Shown here piece by piece: positions 9,230 to 19,388 of a stretch of 64,000 bases of DNA (position 1 is its first letter; each line of letters begins with the position of its first letter). This stretch comes from an uncultured bacterium (lineage in GTDB: Bacteria; Electryoneota; Electryoneia; Electryoneales; Electryoneaceae). The stretch is taken from the NCBI GenBank assembly GCA_964552465.1, contig CAZKGR010000019.1:1619-65618 (forward strand), given 5' to 3'. The notes beneath the pieces were generated by a model, which was given only the letters and a program-made list of their open reading frames with translations, did not search any database and was not told the origin of the DNA. Position numbers and translations under genes: made by a program.

Positions 9230-9922
9230 ATGTCCCACCGAATACTGATAGTCGAAGACGACGAAGCGATTGCACTCGGACTGCAGATAAACTTGCAGCA
9301 CGACGGTTACAGCACTGAACTCGCTGTGGACGGCGAGGCCGCGTTGGTAAAAATCAGCGGGTGGAAGCCCGACCTGGTGCTGCTGGACGTTATGCTACCA
9401 AAACTAAGCGGATTCGACGTCTGCGAGCGAGTGCGGGACAGCGGTAATCGTGTTCCGATCCTGTTTCTCACAGCGAGAGATTTGCTCGACGACCGTCTTC
9501 AAGGGCTCGAGTTGGGTGGTGACGACTACATCACCAAACCGTTCTCGATGGATGAGCTGCGTGTTCGGATCAAGGCGATGCTGCGGCGACAAACGTGGTA
9601 CGAGGTCGTTCCGGATGTAGGAAGCAGCATCAACTTCGGCAGTAACACGGTAGACCTGTCTGCGTATCGCGCGACAACGCGCGAAGGTAAGGTTATGCTT
9701 ACCCAAAAAGAGACCATGGTACTCAAGTTACTAGTCGAGAACGAAGGCAAGGTGATTGATCGAGGCACGATTTTGAACAAAGTGTGGGGTGAGGAGATCT
9801 ACCCCAGCGGACGGACGGTTGACAACATCATCCTGAATCTTCGGCGACACTTTGAGGACGATCCGAAGAATCCACAACACATTTTCACCCACTACGGAGC
9901 CGGGTACTCGTTCCAGAGGTGA
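9230..9922 (+). CDS. OmpR/PhoB-family response regulator
   Basis: Receiver ILIVEDDE...LVLLDVMLP...YITKPF plus a C-terminal winged helix (LTQKETMVLKLLVENEGKVIDRGTILNKVWG). It lies 52 bp after the kinase gene. Confidence 0.9.
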   Translation: MSHRILIVEDDEAIALGLQINLQHDGYSTELAVDGEAALVKISGWKPDLVLLDVMLPKLSGFDVCERVRDSGNRVPILFLTARDLLDDRLQGLELGGDDYITKPFSMDELRVRIKAMLRRQTWYEVVPDVGSSINFGSNTVDLSAYRATTREGKVMLTQKETMVLKLLVENEGKVIDRGTILNKVWGEEIYPSGRTVDNIILNLRRHFEDDPKNPQHIFTHYGAGYSFQR

Positions 9923-9973
9923 ACACGGTAGAGATGTCCCTACTGACAACGAATATCCCATATCTTCCCTCCT

Positions 9974-10528
9974 ATGGACTGGCTTGACTCACTCCTGCTT
10001 CCTTTGTACAAGATCACTGGCGATCCAGCGACAGCGTTTTACGTGGGTACGTTTTTACTCGCGCTGATAGCGGCTGTAATCGGCGAGATTACTATTGTTG
10101 GGCTTTATCTCAGTAACAGCGCTGCATTCCAACGTTTGCACACCGAACTGTCCAAAACTCATATCCTGTCCATCGACGCTATCGAGCGAAATGACAAGAT
10201 TGCTTATGAGACTCACCACCGTAGAGCAAACACAGCGTTCACCAAAACAGTCGCATTACAAATGGCGTTAACCTTGGGTTCCTTGTGGCCGGTCTTTTTT
10301 GCTGCGGCATTCCTGAACACCGAGTTCGGCGATGTGCAATATCCTCTGTTCGGGCTAAATGTGCACATACACTACATCTTCATTTTTTTCATCTTCTACG
10401 GTCTGGCACGATTAGTACTTCATCCAGCGAAATATCTGATCCCCGGCATGCACCGCCTGAAGGATTCGTTGGATGACGCTCGGGCAAAGGCAAAAGAACT
10501 CGATTCGTTACTCACGGACGAGTCATAA
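9974..10528 (+). CDS. Hypothetical integral membrane protein (3-4 TM), third gene of the HK-RR unit
   Basis: Hydrophobic segments only, no motif. Same strand, 52 bp after the RR gene. Confidence 0.5.
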   Translation: MDWLDSLLLPLYKITGDPATAFYVGTFLLALIAAVIGEITIVGLYLSNSAAFQRLHTELSKTHILSIDAIERNDKIAYETHHRRANTAFTKTVALQMALTLGSLWPVFFAAAFLNTEFGDVQYPLFGLNVHIHYIFIFFIFYGLARLVLHPAKYLIPGMHRLKDSLDDARAKAKELDSLLTDES

Positions 10529-10559
10529 GCCTGACAAAGTCTAACGAGACACAATCCTA

Positions 10560-12776
10560 ATGCGCCGCCGCCGATCAACACGTCCACGGCATCAAAGACG
10601 CGGTAAATCACGTCCGCACAGCACCAAGTCTACCGCGCGCGGACAGGGTTTGCAGCAAGCGGTAGAATCCTTCTTCGAACAACGTCCGAATATAAGCTTC
10701 CGAACCCGTGACCTCGTGCGCGAATTTGCCTCAACACCTTCGGACGAAAAAGAGGTTCGCCGGATCATCCATGCGCTACATGCGGAAGGGCGATTAAAGC
10801 GAATCAAAGGCGAACGTTTCCAGCAGACAACAGATGAATCACCGCGAGCGGTGGGACGGATCGAACTTACCGAAAACGGCGCCGGTTTTGTCCGCATGTC
10901 TGACGGGGACGGCGACATTTTTGTGCAACCATCACGACTAATGGGTGCGCGGCACGGTGATCGTGTCGAAATCGCAATCACCGGCCGAGGACGTTACGGC
11001 AACCGTTCCGGACGCGTGATCCGTGTCGTCGAGCGGGATGATACTCCGGTTATCGGTCGGTTCATCGCCCTGCCGGGACGTGGCGGATTGGTTTACCCGG
11101 ATAACCCGCGGATTCCCGGTCCGGTACAGATCCTGGAAGGAAATCGGCGCGGTGCGAAGCACGACGACCGTGTGCAGGTGAAAGTCGACCCCCACATTCG
11201 CACTCCGCAGCGCCGGGTTGTGAGAATATTCGGTCATGTGGACGATTCTGACGCCCGATTTGCCGCACTGCTCGCCGAAGCCGGTTTTCCGGAAAACTTC
11301 TCCGCTGACGCACTTGCTGAAGCTGATGACAGCACCCTTGAGATCAACGAGCGCGAACTCGCCTTGAGGACTGATTTTCGTAACGACACTGTGATCACAA
11401 TTGATCCAGCATCGGCGAAGGATTTCGACGATGCGCTGAGTTTGACACGCTTGAAGAACGGTGATTATGAACTAGGCGTACATATCGCCGATGTCAGTTG
11501 GTATGTGAATGAAGGCGGGCTGCTGGACAAGGAAGCGCGCGCACGTGGAACCAGTGTCTACAGCTCGCATGGTACATCGCCTATGCTTCCGCACAGCCTG
11601 TCGTCCGATAAATGCAGCTTGGTAGAGGGTGAAGATCGACGGACCATGTCCGTGGTCATGACCATCACGCCAGACGGCAAAGTGATCAACGCGAAACCGT
11701 GCCGCAGTGTGATCCGATCCGCGCGACGCCTGACATACGCACAGGCGCAGACGATGATCGACGAAGGCCGACAAAAGTGGGGCGACGAACTTCCTACCCT
11801 ACGTAAAAACAGCATCGGCCCGCTCGTTTACCACCTGATGATACTGGCTGATGCCATGCGTAAGCGGCGTTTTCGTGGCGGAGGCCTGAATCTCGAATTG
11901 CCAGAGTACGAGGTAATCCTTGACGGCGCAAATGCTGTCGATTCAATTCAGAAACGCGTTGTACTCGAATCAAACCACCTGGTTGAAGAGTGCATGCTCG
12001 CTGCGAATCGGACGGTGACTGAATTTGTCAACCGGTCGCGTGAGAGTAATCCCCGAACGTTCGTTTTTCGCATCCACGACCGTCCTGAGCCAGATCGGCT
12101 TGAGGATCTTGTTGTCCAACTGGACGCGCTGAACATTGACTGGCCATTCAGCCGGACCAACCTCGAGAACCTGCGTTCAAAACAGCTTAACGACTGGTTG
12201 GAATCGCTGAACGCAAATCCGCTCGCCGAAATTATTCGCTACCTGATCCTGCGCGCGATGGCGAAAGCCGCTTATGACACGGAAAACATCGGTCATTACG
12301 GCCTCGGCTTCGTAAACTACACACACTTCACTAGCCCGATCCGGCGCTACCCGGACCTTATGGTGCATCGCATTCTGAATGCGATCCTGGATCGCAAGAC
12401 AAAATATGGACCAGACATTCGTCAACATCTACAGCGAATTTGCGACCTTGCCAGCGAAAGGGAACGTGCCGCCCAGATTGTCGAACGTAAATCACTGAGC
12501 ATTCGGCAGGCAGAATACTTCGCGCGGCAAGTTGGGGTCGAATTCAGCGGTTTGATCGTCGGCGCTATACCACGCGGCGTATTCGTTGAAATTGCCAATA
12601 CCGGTGCCCAGGGAATGATTCTCGCCGAAGATTTGGGCAATGTCTACTTTGACCGCGAGCTGCTTGGCTTCGTTGAAATAACCGGCGACAAGCTGTTCCG
12701 GCCAGGAATGAAATTGCAGGTTCGTGTCCTTTCGGCTGATCCCGACGCCGGTCGTTTCGAGCTGGAACCCGCCTGA
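10560..12776 (+). CDS. rnr: Ribonuclease R (RNB-family 3'-5' exoribonuclease, VacB)
   Basis: RNB signature HFTSPIRRYPDLMVHRIL. N-terminal HTH/cold-shock-like region and C-terminal S1 domain (GLIVGAIPRGVFVEI). Confidence 0.9.
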   Translation: MRRRRSTRPRHQRRGKSRPHSTKSTARGQGLQQAVESFFEQRPNISFRTRDLVREFASTPSDEKEVRRIIHALHAEGRLKRIKGERFQQTTDESPRAVGRIELTENGAGFVRMSDGDGDIFVQPSRLMGARHGDRVEIAITGRGRYGNRSGRVIRVVERDDTPVIGRFIALPGRGGLVYPDNPRIPGPVQILEGNRRGAKHDDRVQVKVDPHIRTPQRRVVRIFGHVDDSDARFAALLAEAGFPENFSADALAEADDSTLEINERELALRTDFRNDTVITIDPASAKDFDDALSLTRLKNGDYELGVHIADVSWYVNEGGLLDKEARARGTSVYSSHGTSPMLPHSLSSDKCSLVEGEDRRTMSVVMTITPDGKVINAKPCRSVIRSARRLTYAQAQTMIDEGRQKWGDELPTLRKNSIGPLVYHLMILADAMRKRRFRGGGLNLELPEYEVILDGANAVDSIQKRVVLESNHLVEECMLAANRTVTEFVNRSRESNPRTFVFRIHDRPEPDRLEDLVVQLDALNIDWPFSRTNLENLRSKQLNDWLESLNANPLAEIIRYLILRAMAKAAYDTENIGHYGLGFVNYTHFTSPIRRYPDLMVHRILNAILDRKTKYGPDIRQHLQRICDLASERERAAQIVERKSLSIRQAEYFARQVGVEFSGLIVGAIPRGVFVEIANTGAQGMILAEDLGNVYFDRELLGFVEITGDKLFRPGMKLQVRVLSADPDAGRFELEPA

Positions 12777-12901
12777 GTCTCTGGAGCACTCTCGCTGCCA
12801 GACGAGTTTAATCCCCGAAAATCCAAAGCACAAGCCGTTTTTGACCTGACAATTACGTAATATCCGAATCATCAGAAATTTACGAATTTTCTAAAAAAAA
12901 C

Positions 12902-12931
12902 TTGATTTACCCCCCCCTCGCCGTAATTATT
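12902..12931 (+). promoter_or_regulatory. Possible sigma70-like promoter (TTGATT-17-TAATTA) upstream of the small-peptide ORF
   Basis: Sequence pattern only. AT-rich context. Confidence 0.2.
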
Positions 12932-13063
12932 CTATGAATAGTCAGACCTTAAAAGGTACGCTCTCGCACGAGATCCAAAAAATACCGACGCGTGACTGAG
13001 AATTCTCAGCAAAAGAGTTGGATCTCGTTATTTAGTAGTAAGCATGAAACAAGAGGAGTCTGA

Positions 13064-13222
13064 CATGGAAGCCGCATTCAATCTGCTACTCGTCATCCTT
13101 GGGATGGGATTTGTTGGCGGCATAGCTTTCACAATCGCCCGTATACGTAGTGGGCGCACGGTTATGCCAGATTTTCGCGTTCCTTTGAGCGTGAACCCGA
13201 ACCAAACCTCAGAACAGTTCTG
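13064..13222 (+). CDS. Small hydrophobic peptide, 52 aa (paralog 1 of 3)
   Basis: MEAAFNLLLVILGMGFVGGIAFTIARIRSGR... An AAGAGGAG SD sits 8 nt upstream. One TM helix plus a basic tail. Paralogous to 13516..13611 and 62606..62743. Confidence 0.45.
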
Positions 13223-13515
13223 AGAAATCCAGTAAGCGAATATTATCGCCTGGGATTCGATGTAACCCTGGAGGCATGAGAGACATATTCGATGATGTAA
13301 TTCATCCAATCGTTTCTGGATCTCTTAATATCTTCCTCCACTCCGGCTCCCGCATCATCCATTCCCTCAAGTGATATTTTATCTCACACACGCGCTGAAC
13401 TATTGAGCAGGATGTTTGCAGGTTCTCGTCCGTGTCGTATGTTGATACAACTGCCGACAATGACGTGCGTAAGTTATTGAAAATTACTTGTGTGGAGTAA
13501 TCGGCGGAGGGGAAG

Positions 13516-13611
13516 ATGGAACAGGTTTGGATCAACCTCGCTTACATCGCAGGCGGGGTAGGATTTGGTCTGGCAATGGTCGCAGTAGTTCAAAAACTGC
13601 GTCGTTCCTGA
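13516..13611 (+). CDS. Small hydrophobic peptide, 31 aa (paralog 2 of 3)
   Basis: MEQVWINLAYIAGGVGFGLAMVAVVQKLRRS. A GGAGGGGAAG SD lies immediately upstream. A hairpin with a U-tract follows (13665..13697). Confidence 0.4.
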   Translation: MEQVWINLAYIAGGVGFGLAMVAVVQKLRRS

Positions 13612-13664
13612 ATATAGAAACAAAAACGCCTTGGATATGATCAGGTGTGGCGGTGCTTTGTTTT

Positions 13665-13700
13665 GCCCGTGTTCGGCAGTTACCGGACGCGGGTTTTCTC
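13665..13700 (+). terminator. Probable terminator after small peptide 2
   Basis: gcccgtgttcggcagttaccggacgcggg (imperfect stem) followed by TTTTCTCTC. Confidence 0.35.
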
Positions 13701-13932
13701 TCTATATATGCCCCAGACATTTATGCTGGGATGAATCACCACCTGCGTGGCCGAGGGCATGTACATTGTGCCTGTGATAGACCGTGAAACGGCTATAGCG
13801 GATTATCCACAAGCCCAAATGTGTCGGTCATCCCTGCTGGCAGAGCCCGCAGGGGCACCGTACATGCTTCAACCAACAGGAAACCCGGGATTGAAACCCC
13901 GGGCTATACATATCAGAGAATTTGCACGGTTC

Positions 13933-15123
13933 TTAGAACTCAGCGCCGGTATACACCAACCGGATGAACCGCGGGCGGTATATGTCCGCGTAAGTGAAAT
14001 GATCCCAGAAATCCAGGCAATTGACATTGTAACTAATCAGCAATTCACCCGGTTCAGACAAACTCGGATGAGCCTTCGCGTTGTAGCACCAGGCGTCTGC
14101 GTCGGGGAAATCGTCCGGGACGGTGCTGGTATAAATGGGGTGCGTGATGCTCCACGGACCGCGAGGACTGAGCCCAATACGGAAGCCGATGGTACGGGTG
14201 ATCGTGTCTACGGTGAAAATCATGATGTAGCGGTTGTTCGGTAACGGTGTTACACTCATTTCCGATGACACCCGATTTGTCAAGCGCGCCGCCTGGGTGA
14301 AATCCGCCACCCACTGCTGTCCGTCAAAGAAACGCCACTGGTCTAAATCTGTGAACTGTTCTTCGGGCACACGCGCCACCAGCGAGTACTTGTCATACGG
14401 CACTTCTTCCAACCCGTAGATGTAAATGAAACCGTCAGGATTCGGTGCCCCGGCACGCTCAGTGTTCGCCATCAGCCCCGCTGTGAAACTGATTTCACCA
14501 CGATCTCCTTCCGCGGGTGCGTGAAACGGTAGTTCGTATTGCTGGTAATTGTTGAACGGTGGGGATGAGCCCGCCGGAATCCGAATGATAGCAGTGCCTG
14601 TGCGCACGAACCACAATTCCTGATCGCTGCGCATGCGCAACGCCAGGATATAGACAGCGTCCGGCAGCGAGATTCCGTCTCCCAGCCAATACCACTCGCC
14701 GGGCTGGCTGTTCGGTGTGTCGGGCACGAACATGGACGCCGCATTACCACCCTGCTGCCGGTAAATGAAATGGATGCTGTCTGGATCGACAATACCCGGT
14801 GGCAGGTAAGCCATGGTGTTGTTGATCATTGTAGTCCCGCCCAAGCGATTGCCCTGATCATCCACCTCGCCGATGAAAGTGTCGCTGAACACGAACAGAG
14901 TCTGGTTGGTGTTATGGGCACCGAAATGATCGTTGCCATCAACCGGGATGGAATAGATGCCGTCCGCGCCGGACCAGCCGGAATGCTGGTCAAACATCGC
15001 GTCCCATTCCGGTGCTTCCTCCACATACCAGTTCTGGGCGCTGGATACGCCGAAACCCATCAGAAGGAAGACAACGAGCAATAAAGCAGCAATTCGTGGC
15101 ATCTTGAAATCCTCGACAAACAT
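13933..15123 (-). CDS. Secreted protein, uncharacterised family (paralog 1 of 4; no T9SS CTD)
   Basis: Signal peptide then the conserved AQNWYVEEAPEW...SGW.GADGI.SIP...FVFSDTFIGEVD...PDTPNS.PG.WYW..DGI.L...YNAKAHP.LSEPGELL.SYNVN..DFW.HF..ADIYRPRF. The profile is beta-rich; the fold or glycoside-hydrolase affinity was not verified. Confidence 0.8.
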   Translation of the reverse strand: MFVEDFKMPRIAALLLVVFLLMGFGVSSAQNWYVEEAPEWDAMFDQHSGWSGADGIYSIPVDGNDHFGAHNTNQTLFVFSDTFIGEVDDQGNRLGGTTMINNTMAYLPPGIVDPDSIHFIYRQQGGNAASMFVPDTPNSQPGEWYWLGDGISLPDAVYILALRMRSDQELWFVRTGTAIIRIPAGSSPPFNNYQQYELPFHAPAEGDRGEISFTAGLMANTERAGAPNPDGFIYIYGLEEVPYDKYSLVARVPEEQFTDLDQWRFFDGQQWVADFTQAARLTNRVSSEMSVTPLPNNRYIMIFTVDTITRTIGFRIGLSPRGPWSITHPIYTSTVPDDFPDADAWCYNAKAHPSLSEPGELLISYNVNCLDFWDHFTYADIYRPRFIRLVYTGAEF

Positions 15124-15140
15124 GTCAGTTTGCTAACCAG

Positions 15141-16607
15141 CTATTTCACAACGGTAAACTTCTGAGTTGGAATGTTGTCCGCACCGTCAATTTGCAGGAA
15201 ATATGTCCCGGACGAGAACAGGTTTGCATTGAGCGACACGGTTTGTAGACCGGCGGATAGTTCCCCCCGGTGCAGGGTTTCAACCAGCCGTCCCATGATA
15301 TCATACACCGCAATGTTTACATCGGCCGTCATTGGCAGATCAAAGTTTAGCACCGCGGACGCATTAAATGGATTCGGCGCGATCACAGGGGCAGGAGTTA
15401 ACGTGATTTGCGATCCGATTTCGGCTCCTGGATTGTTCAGGATGCCTTGATCAAGAATCAGCTTCACGAACCGCGGGTGGTATATATCCGCATTGCTGAA
15501 ATGCGCCCAAAAATCGCTACAGTTGATGTTGTAACTGACCAGCAGCTCGCCCGGTTCGGACAGATGCGGATGCGCCTTCGCGTTGTAAGTGGTGATCGGG
15601 AGATCTGGCCAGATATCCGGTTCAGGCACCGTGTAGAAGACGTGATAGTCGCCCCACGGCCCCCACGGGGTCGGTGCAAGACGGAAAGCCAGCTCACGCC
15701 CAATCGTTCCGACCTGAAATACAAGGATATAGCGCCCATCCGGCAGTGGCGTGACACTCATTTCATGCGACACTCGATTAGTAACCCTGACAGCATCATT
15801 CATGTCATCCGACCACTGCCCCTGTCCGGCATAGAAACGCCACGCGCTGGGAATGGGGAAATGTTCTTCCGGCACGCGTGCGACTAGCATGTGCTTGTCC
15901 AGCCACGCATCTTCAGCACCGTAGATATAAATGTAGCCATCGGGGAAGTATGCGCCGGCACGTTCTGTGTTCGGCATAATCCCAATCGAGAACCTGCGTG
16001 TCCCGCGGTCGCCATTTTCAGGCAGATGGAACGGCAGATCGTATTGCTGATAATCGTTAAATGGTGGGCGATCGTGGTATGGCATACGAACCATCGCCGT
16101 TCCGTCGAGTGCAAATCCTCCTCCCATCGGCGTCCGCATGCGCCAGACGATAAAATAGACAGCGTCCTCGAGCGCGATTCCGTCACTAGGCCAATACCAC
16201 GTTCCCGGCGGTGCATTGGGAGTGTCGGGGACAAACATCGACTGTGGATTGTTGAACGTGCCCTTGTAGTAGAACTCAGACGTTATCGGATGAGGTCCAT
16301 CAGGCGGCCACCACGCTAAAGTGTTGTTGATCATGTGCGTATTCAGGCGGTTGCCGTTATTGTCGACTTCACCGATGAAGGTGTCGCTGAAAATGACTAG
16401 AGTATTATTCGTGTGATGTGCGCCGAATTGTTCGTTACCGTCCAATGGGACGGTGAAGATGCCGTCAGCGCCAGTCCAGCCATAATCACGGGTGACGACG
16501 CTATTCCAGCCCGGTGCGAGTTCCGTGTGCCAGTTCTGGGCACACACCAATCCGGAGTTGGCCAGGACCACGGTCAGGACGAATGCCGCACAAGTAGTTC
16601 TTTGCAT
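15141..16607 (-). CDS. Secreted protein, same family (paralog 2 of 4) with T9SS C-terminal sorting domain
   Basis: Same conserved core plus a C-terminal about 80 aa APNPFNASAVLNFDLP...GTYFLQIDGADNIPTQKFTVVK (Por/T9SS CTD). Confidence 0.8.
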   Translation of the reverse strand: MQRTTCAAFVLTVVLANSGLVCAQNWHTELAPGWNSVVTRDYGWTGADGIFTVPLDGNEQFGAHHTNNTLVIFSDTFIGEVDNNGNRLNTHMINNTLAWWPPDGPHPITSEFYYKGTFNNPQSMFVPDTPNAPPGTWYWPSDGIALEDAVYFIVWRMRTPMGGGFALDGTAMVRMPYHDRPPFNDYQQYDLPFHLPENGDRGTRRFSIGIMPNTERAGAYFPDGYIYIYGAEDAWLDKHMLVARVPEEHFPIPSAWRFYAGQGQWSDDMNDAVRVTNRVSHEMSVTPLPDGRYILVFQVGTIGRELAFRLAPTPWGPWGDYHVFYTVPEPDIWPDLPITTYNAKAHPHLSEPGELLVSYNINCSDFWAHFSNADIYHPRFVKLILDQGILNNPGAEIGSQITLTPAPVIAPNPFNASAVLNFDLPMTADVNIAVYDIMGRLVETLHRGELSAGLQTVSLNANLFSSGTYFLQIDGADNIPTQKFTVVK

Positions 16608-16703
16608 CTACATCTCCGCTCACTATCGACACAATGGAGAAACGAATTCACAGAATCGGCTTCGCGGTCACCATTGCTATATAGATAATTAACCTGCCTA
16701 TCG

Positions 16704-17876
16704 CTAAAACCGATTCCCCAAATAAATCAGTCGCACAAATCGTGGACGGTAGATTTCGGCGTGGTCGAAATGCGCCCAGAAATCATGAACGCTGACGTTA
16801 TAGCTGACCAGAAGCTCGCCCGGCTCGGACAAGTGTGGGTGTGCTTTGGCGTTGTAACACCACACTGGCATCCCGATATAGTCATCCGGTTCAGGGCAAT
16901 GATAGAATATGTGATACTCACCCCATGGTCCCCATGGAGTTGGACCTATTTTGAACGCGAGATCCCGCCCAATGGTGTCGAGTTGGTAGACCACGATGTA
17001 GCGTCCATCGGGCAGCGGCGTCACACTCATTTCTGGCGAGACGCGTCCCGCAGTGCTGACCGCGTTGCGGAAATCAGATATCCAACCATCCTGTCCGGCC
17101 CAGAATCGCCAGGCGTTGCCGTCTGTAAACTGTTCTTCGGGAACGCGGGCAACCAACAACCGTTTATTCATCGGAACTTCTTCAACCCCGTAGATATAGA
17201 TGTATCCATCCGGGAAAGGAGCGTTCGCACGTTCAGTATTGGGCATGATTCCGACACCGAAACTTATGCTACCACGAGTTTCATTGGCTGGTTCAAACAA
17301 ATCCAGTTCCCACTGCTGGTAGTGGTCAAACGGTGGTCGGGCGGTTGCTGGTAAACGGAGCATCGCGACTCCGTCACGGGCAAAACCAACCTGCTGGTCA
17401 GGTCGCATCCGCCAAGCGAGGAAATAAACCGAACTGTCAAGAGCGATTCCATCACTGGGCCAATACCAATGGTCAGGCTCAGAGTTGGGGGTATCAGGGA
17501 TAAATGTCGTAGCTGGAGAGCCGTCATCTTCAGCGTAATAGAACTGCGCGGTTTCAGGGTCAGGCACCCCAGGCGGCATCCATGCAAGAGTGTTCTTAAC
17601 CATTTGCGTGCCGGGCAAACGGTTCCCAGCGCTATCAACTTCGCCGATGAATGTGTCGCTGAAGACGAACAGCGTGTTCACGTAATTATGCGACCCGATG
17701 GTTTCATCACCGTTCAGTGGGATAGAAAAAATTCCATCGGCCCCGGTCCATCCTGAAGTACGGTGAAACACAGCACTCCACTCAGGGACTTCTTCGACAT
17801 ACCAGTTTTGTGCGTGGGATATGCCGAAGCCCGTCAGAATGAAGACCACGATCAGCGATGTTGCAGTTCTGGACAC
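16704..17876 (-). CDS. Secreted protein, same family (paralog 3 of 4; no CTD)
   Basis: Signal peptide plus the conserved core. Ends ...IYRPRFVRLIYLGNRF. Confidence 0.8.
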   Translation of the reverse strand: MSRTATSLIVVFILTGFGISHAQNWYVEEVPEWSAVFHRTSGWTGADGIFSIPLNGDETIGSHNYVNTLFVFSDTFIGEVDSAGNRLPGTQMVKNTLAWMPPGVPDPETAQFYYAEDDGSPATTFIPDTPNSEPDHWYWPSDGIALDSSVYFLAWRMRPDQQVGFARDGVAMLRLPATARPPFDHYQQWELDLFEPANETRGSISFGVGIMPNTERANAPFPDGYIYIYGVEEVPMNKRLLVARVPEEQFTDGNAWRFWAGQDGWISDFRNAVSTAGRVSPEMSVTPLPDGRYIVVYQLDTIGRDLAFKIGPTPWGPWGEYHIFYHCPEPDDYIGMPVWCYNAKAHPHLSEPGELLVSYNVSVHDFWAHFDHAEIYRPRFVRLIYLGNRF

Positions 17877-17913
17877 GTGTAATCCTCGTTATAACATCGG
17901 TTAGCTGACCAGC

Positions 17914-19380
17914 TTACTTCACGACAGTAAATCTTTGAGTTGGAGTGTTCTCCGCTCCTCTGACTTGCAAGAAATACGTTCCTGACGCGAAACGGCTGCC
18001 GTTCAGCGACAACGCTTGTTGTCCCGCTGGCAGCATTCCGGAATACAGTTGCTGGACCATGCGGCCAGCAATGTTGTAGATCGCGACATCCACTTTCCCT
18101 GCCTGCGGCAAATCGAATGTGATGACGGCGGACGCATTGAACGGGTTGGGCGCGATCAGCGGGGCGGGATGTACGGTCAATGTCATCCCTTCGGCGAATG
18201 TCGCTGGCATCAGAGCCGCGGGATTGTAGACGAGATTGATAAACCGCGGTCGATAGATATCGGGATAATCAAAGTGCGCCCAGAAATCAACATTATTTAC
18301 TGAATAACTCATGAGCAATTCGCCGGGTGCGCTGAGGTGCGGATAAGCCTTGGCGTTGTAAACGAAGGTGCCCGCCAGCGAATCCGGCTGCGGACAAGTG
18401 TAGAGTTCGTAGTATGGTGACCACGGTCCGACCGGACTCGCCCCGACCCGCGCAGCGACACTCCTGCCGACAGTGTTCAATTGAAAGATCATCAGGAAGC
18501 GACCGTCGGGCAGCGGACTCACACTAAGATCCATACCGCACTGCCCAGTCACCGGCACGGCGTCACTGAAATCCGGCACCCAGGCGAACCCATTCCAGAA
18601 GCGCCACGCGCTCAGTGTTGCGATTTCATCCTCGGGCACTCTTGAAACAAGCACGCGCTTGTTCTGTGGATTCACTTCGGCCTTGACGCCGTAGATGTAG
18701 ATATAGCCGTCGGGGAAGGGTGCACCGGAGGTGGTTGTGTTCGGCATTATGCAACCGCCGAAAGACTTTCCCCACATATAGTCGTTCGCCGGTGCCCAGA
18801 ATGGAATCTCATGCTGAATGTGATCTTCGAACGGCGGCAACGATCCGGGCGGAATCTCAAGCACTGCAGAACCAACCAATGTTGGTTCCATGCCTTCGAC
18901 AGTCACACGGTCAGTAAAGAGATATATGGTGCCGTCGGAAATGATTCCGTCTTTAAGCCAGTATTGATCACCGGGATTTGAGTTCGGCGTGTTCGGAATG
19001 AACATCGTTATCGGATTGTCGTTACCGTCAGTTCCCCAGATGAACTCGATTGTCTCAGGATCGGGCGGGCCAGGAGGCATTATGGCAAGCGTGTTGTGGA
19101 CCATTTGCGTGCCCGGTTGACGCTGACCGTTTACGACCTCGCCGATGAATGTATCGCCGAAGGTGAACATCGTGTAATCACTCAGGTAGCCGTTGGGTTG
19201 CTCTAGCCCCGACAACGGAAATCCGAAGGTGATATCCGCTCCCGTCCAGCCTGAAGTCTGGGCGAACAACGCGGTCCACTCCGGCGCTTCCTCGACATAC
19301 CAGTTCTGGGCGTGAGCCGCGTAGAAACCGGTAAATACGAGTACTGTCAATACTATGGAAACCGTTATTTGTCGCATCAT
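17914..19380 (-). CDS. Secreted protein, same family (paralog 4 of 4) with T9SS CTD
   Basis: Conserved core plus APNPFNASAVITFDLPQAGKVDVAIYNIAGRMV...GTYFLQVRGAENTPTQRFTVVK. Confidence 0.8.
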   Translation of the reverse strand: MMRQITVSIVLTVLVFTGFYAAHAQNWYVEEAPEWTALFAQTSGWTGADITFGFPLSGLEQPNGYLSDYTMFTFGDTFIGEVVNGQRQPGTQMVHNTLAIMPPGPPDPETIEFIWGTDGNDNPITMFIPNTPNSNPGDQYWLKDGIISDGTIYLFTDRVTVEGMEPTLVGSAVLEIPPGSLPPFEDHIQHEIPFWAPANDYMWGKSFGGCIMPNTTTSGAPFPDGYIYIYGVKAEVNPQNKRVLVSRVPEDEIATLSAWRFWNGFAWVPDFSDAVPVTGQCGMDLSVSPLPDGRFLMIFQLNTVGRSVAARVGASPVGPWSPYYELYTCPQPDSLAGTFVYNAKAYPHLSAPGELLMSYSVNNVDFWAHFDYPDIYRPRFINLVYNPAALMPATFAEGMTLTVHPAPLIAPNPFNASAVITFDLPQAGKVDVAIYNIAGRMVQQLYSGMLPAGQQALSLNGSRFASGTYFLQVRGAENTPTQRFTVVK

Positions 19381-19388
19381 CCAATCCC

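Noticed and set aside
10592-10981. 129-aa minus-strand ORF at the 5' end of rnr
   Set aside because: Overlaps RNase R on the opposite strand. No motif and Arg/Ser-rich.
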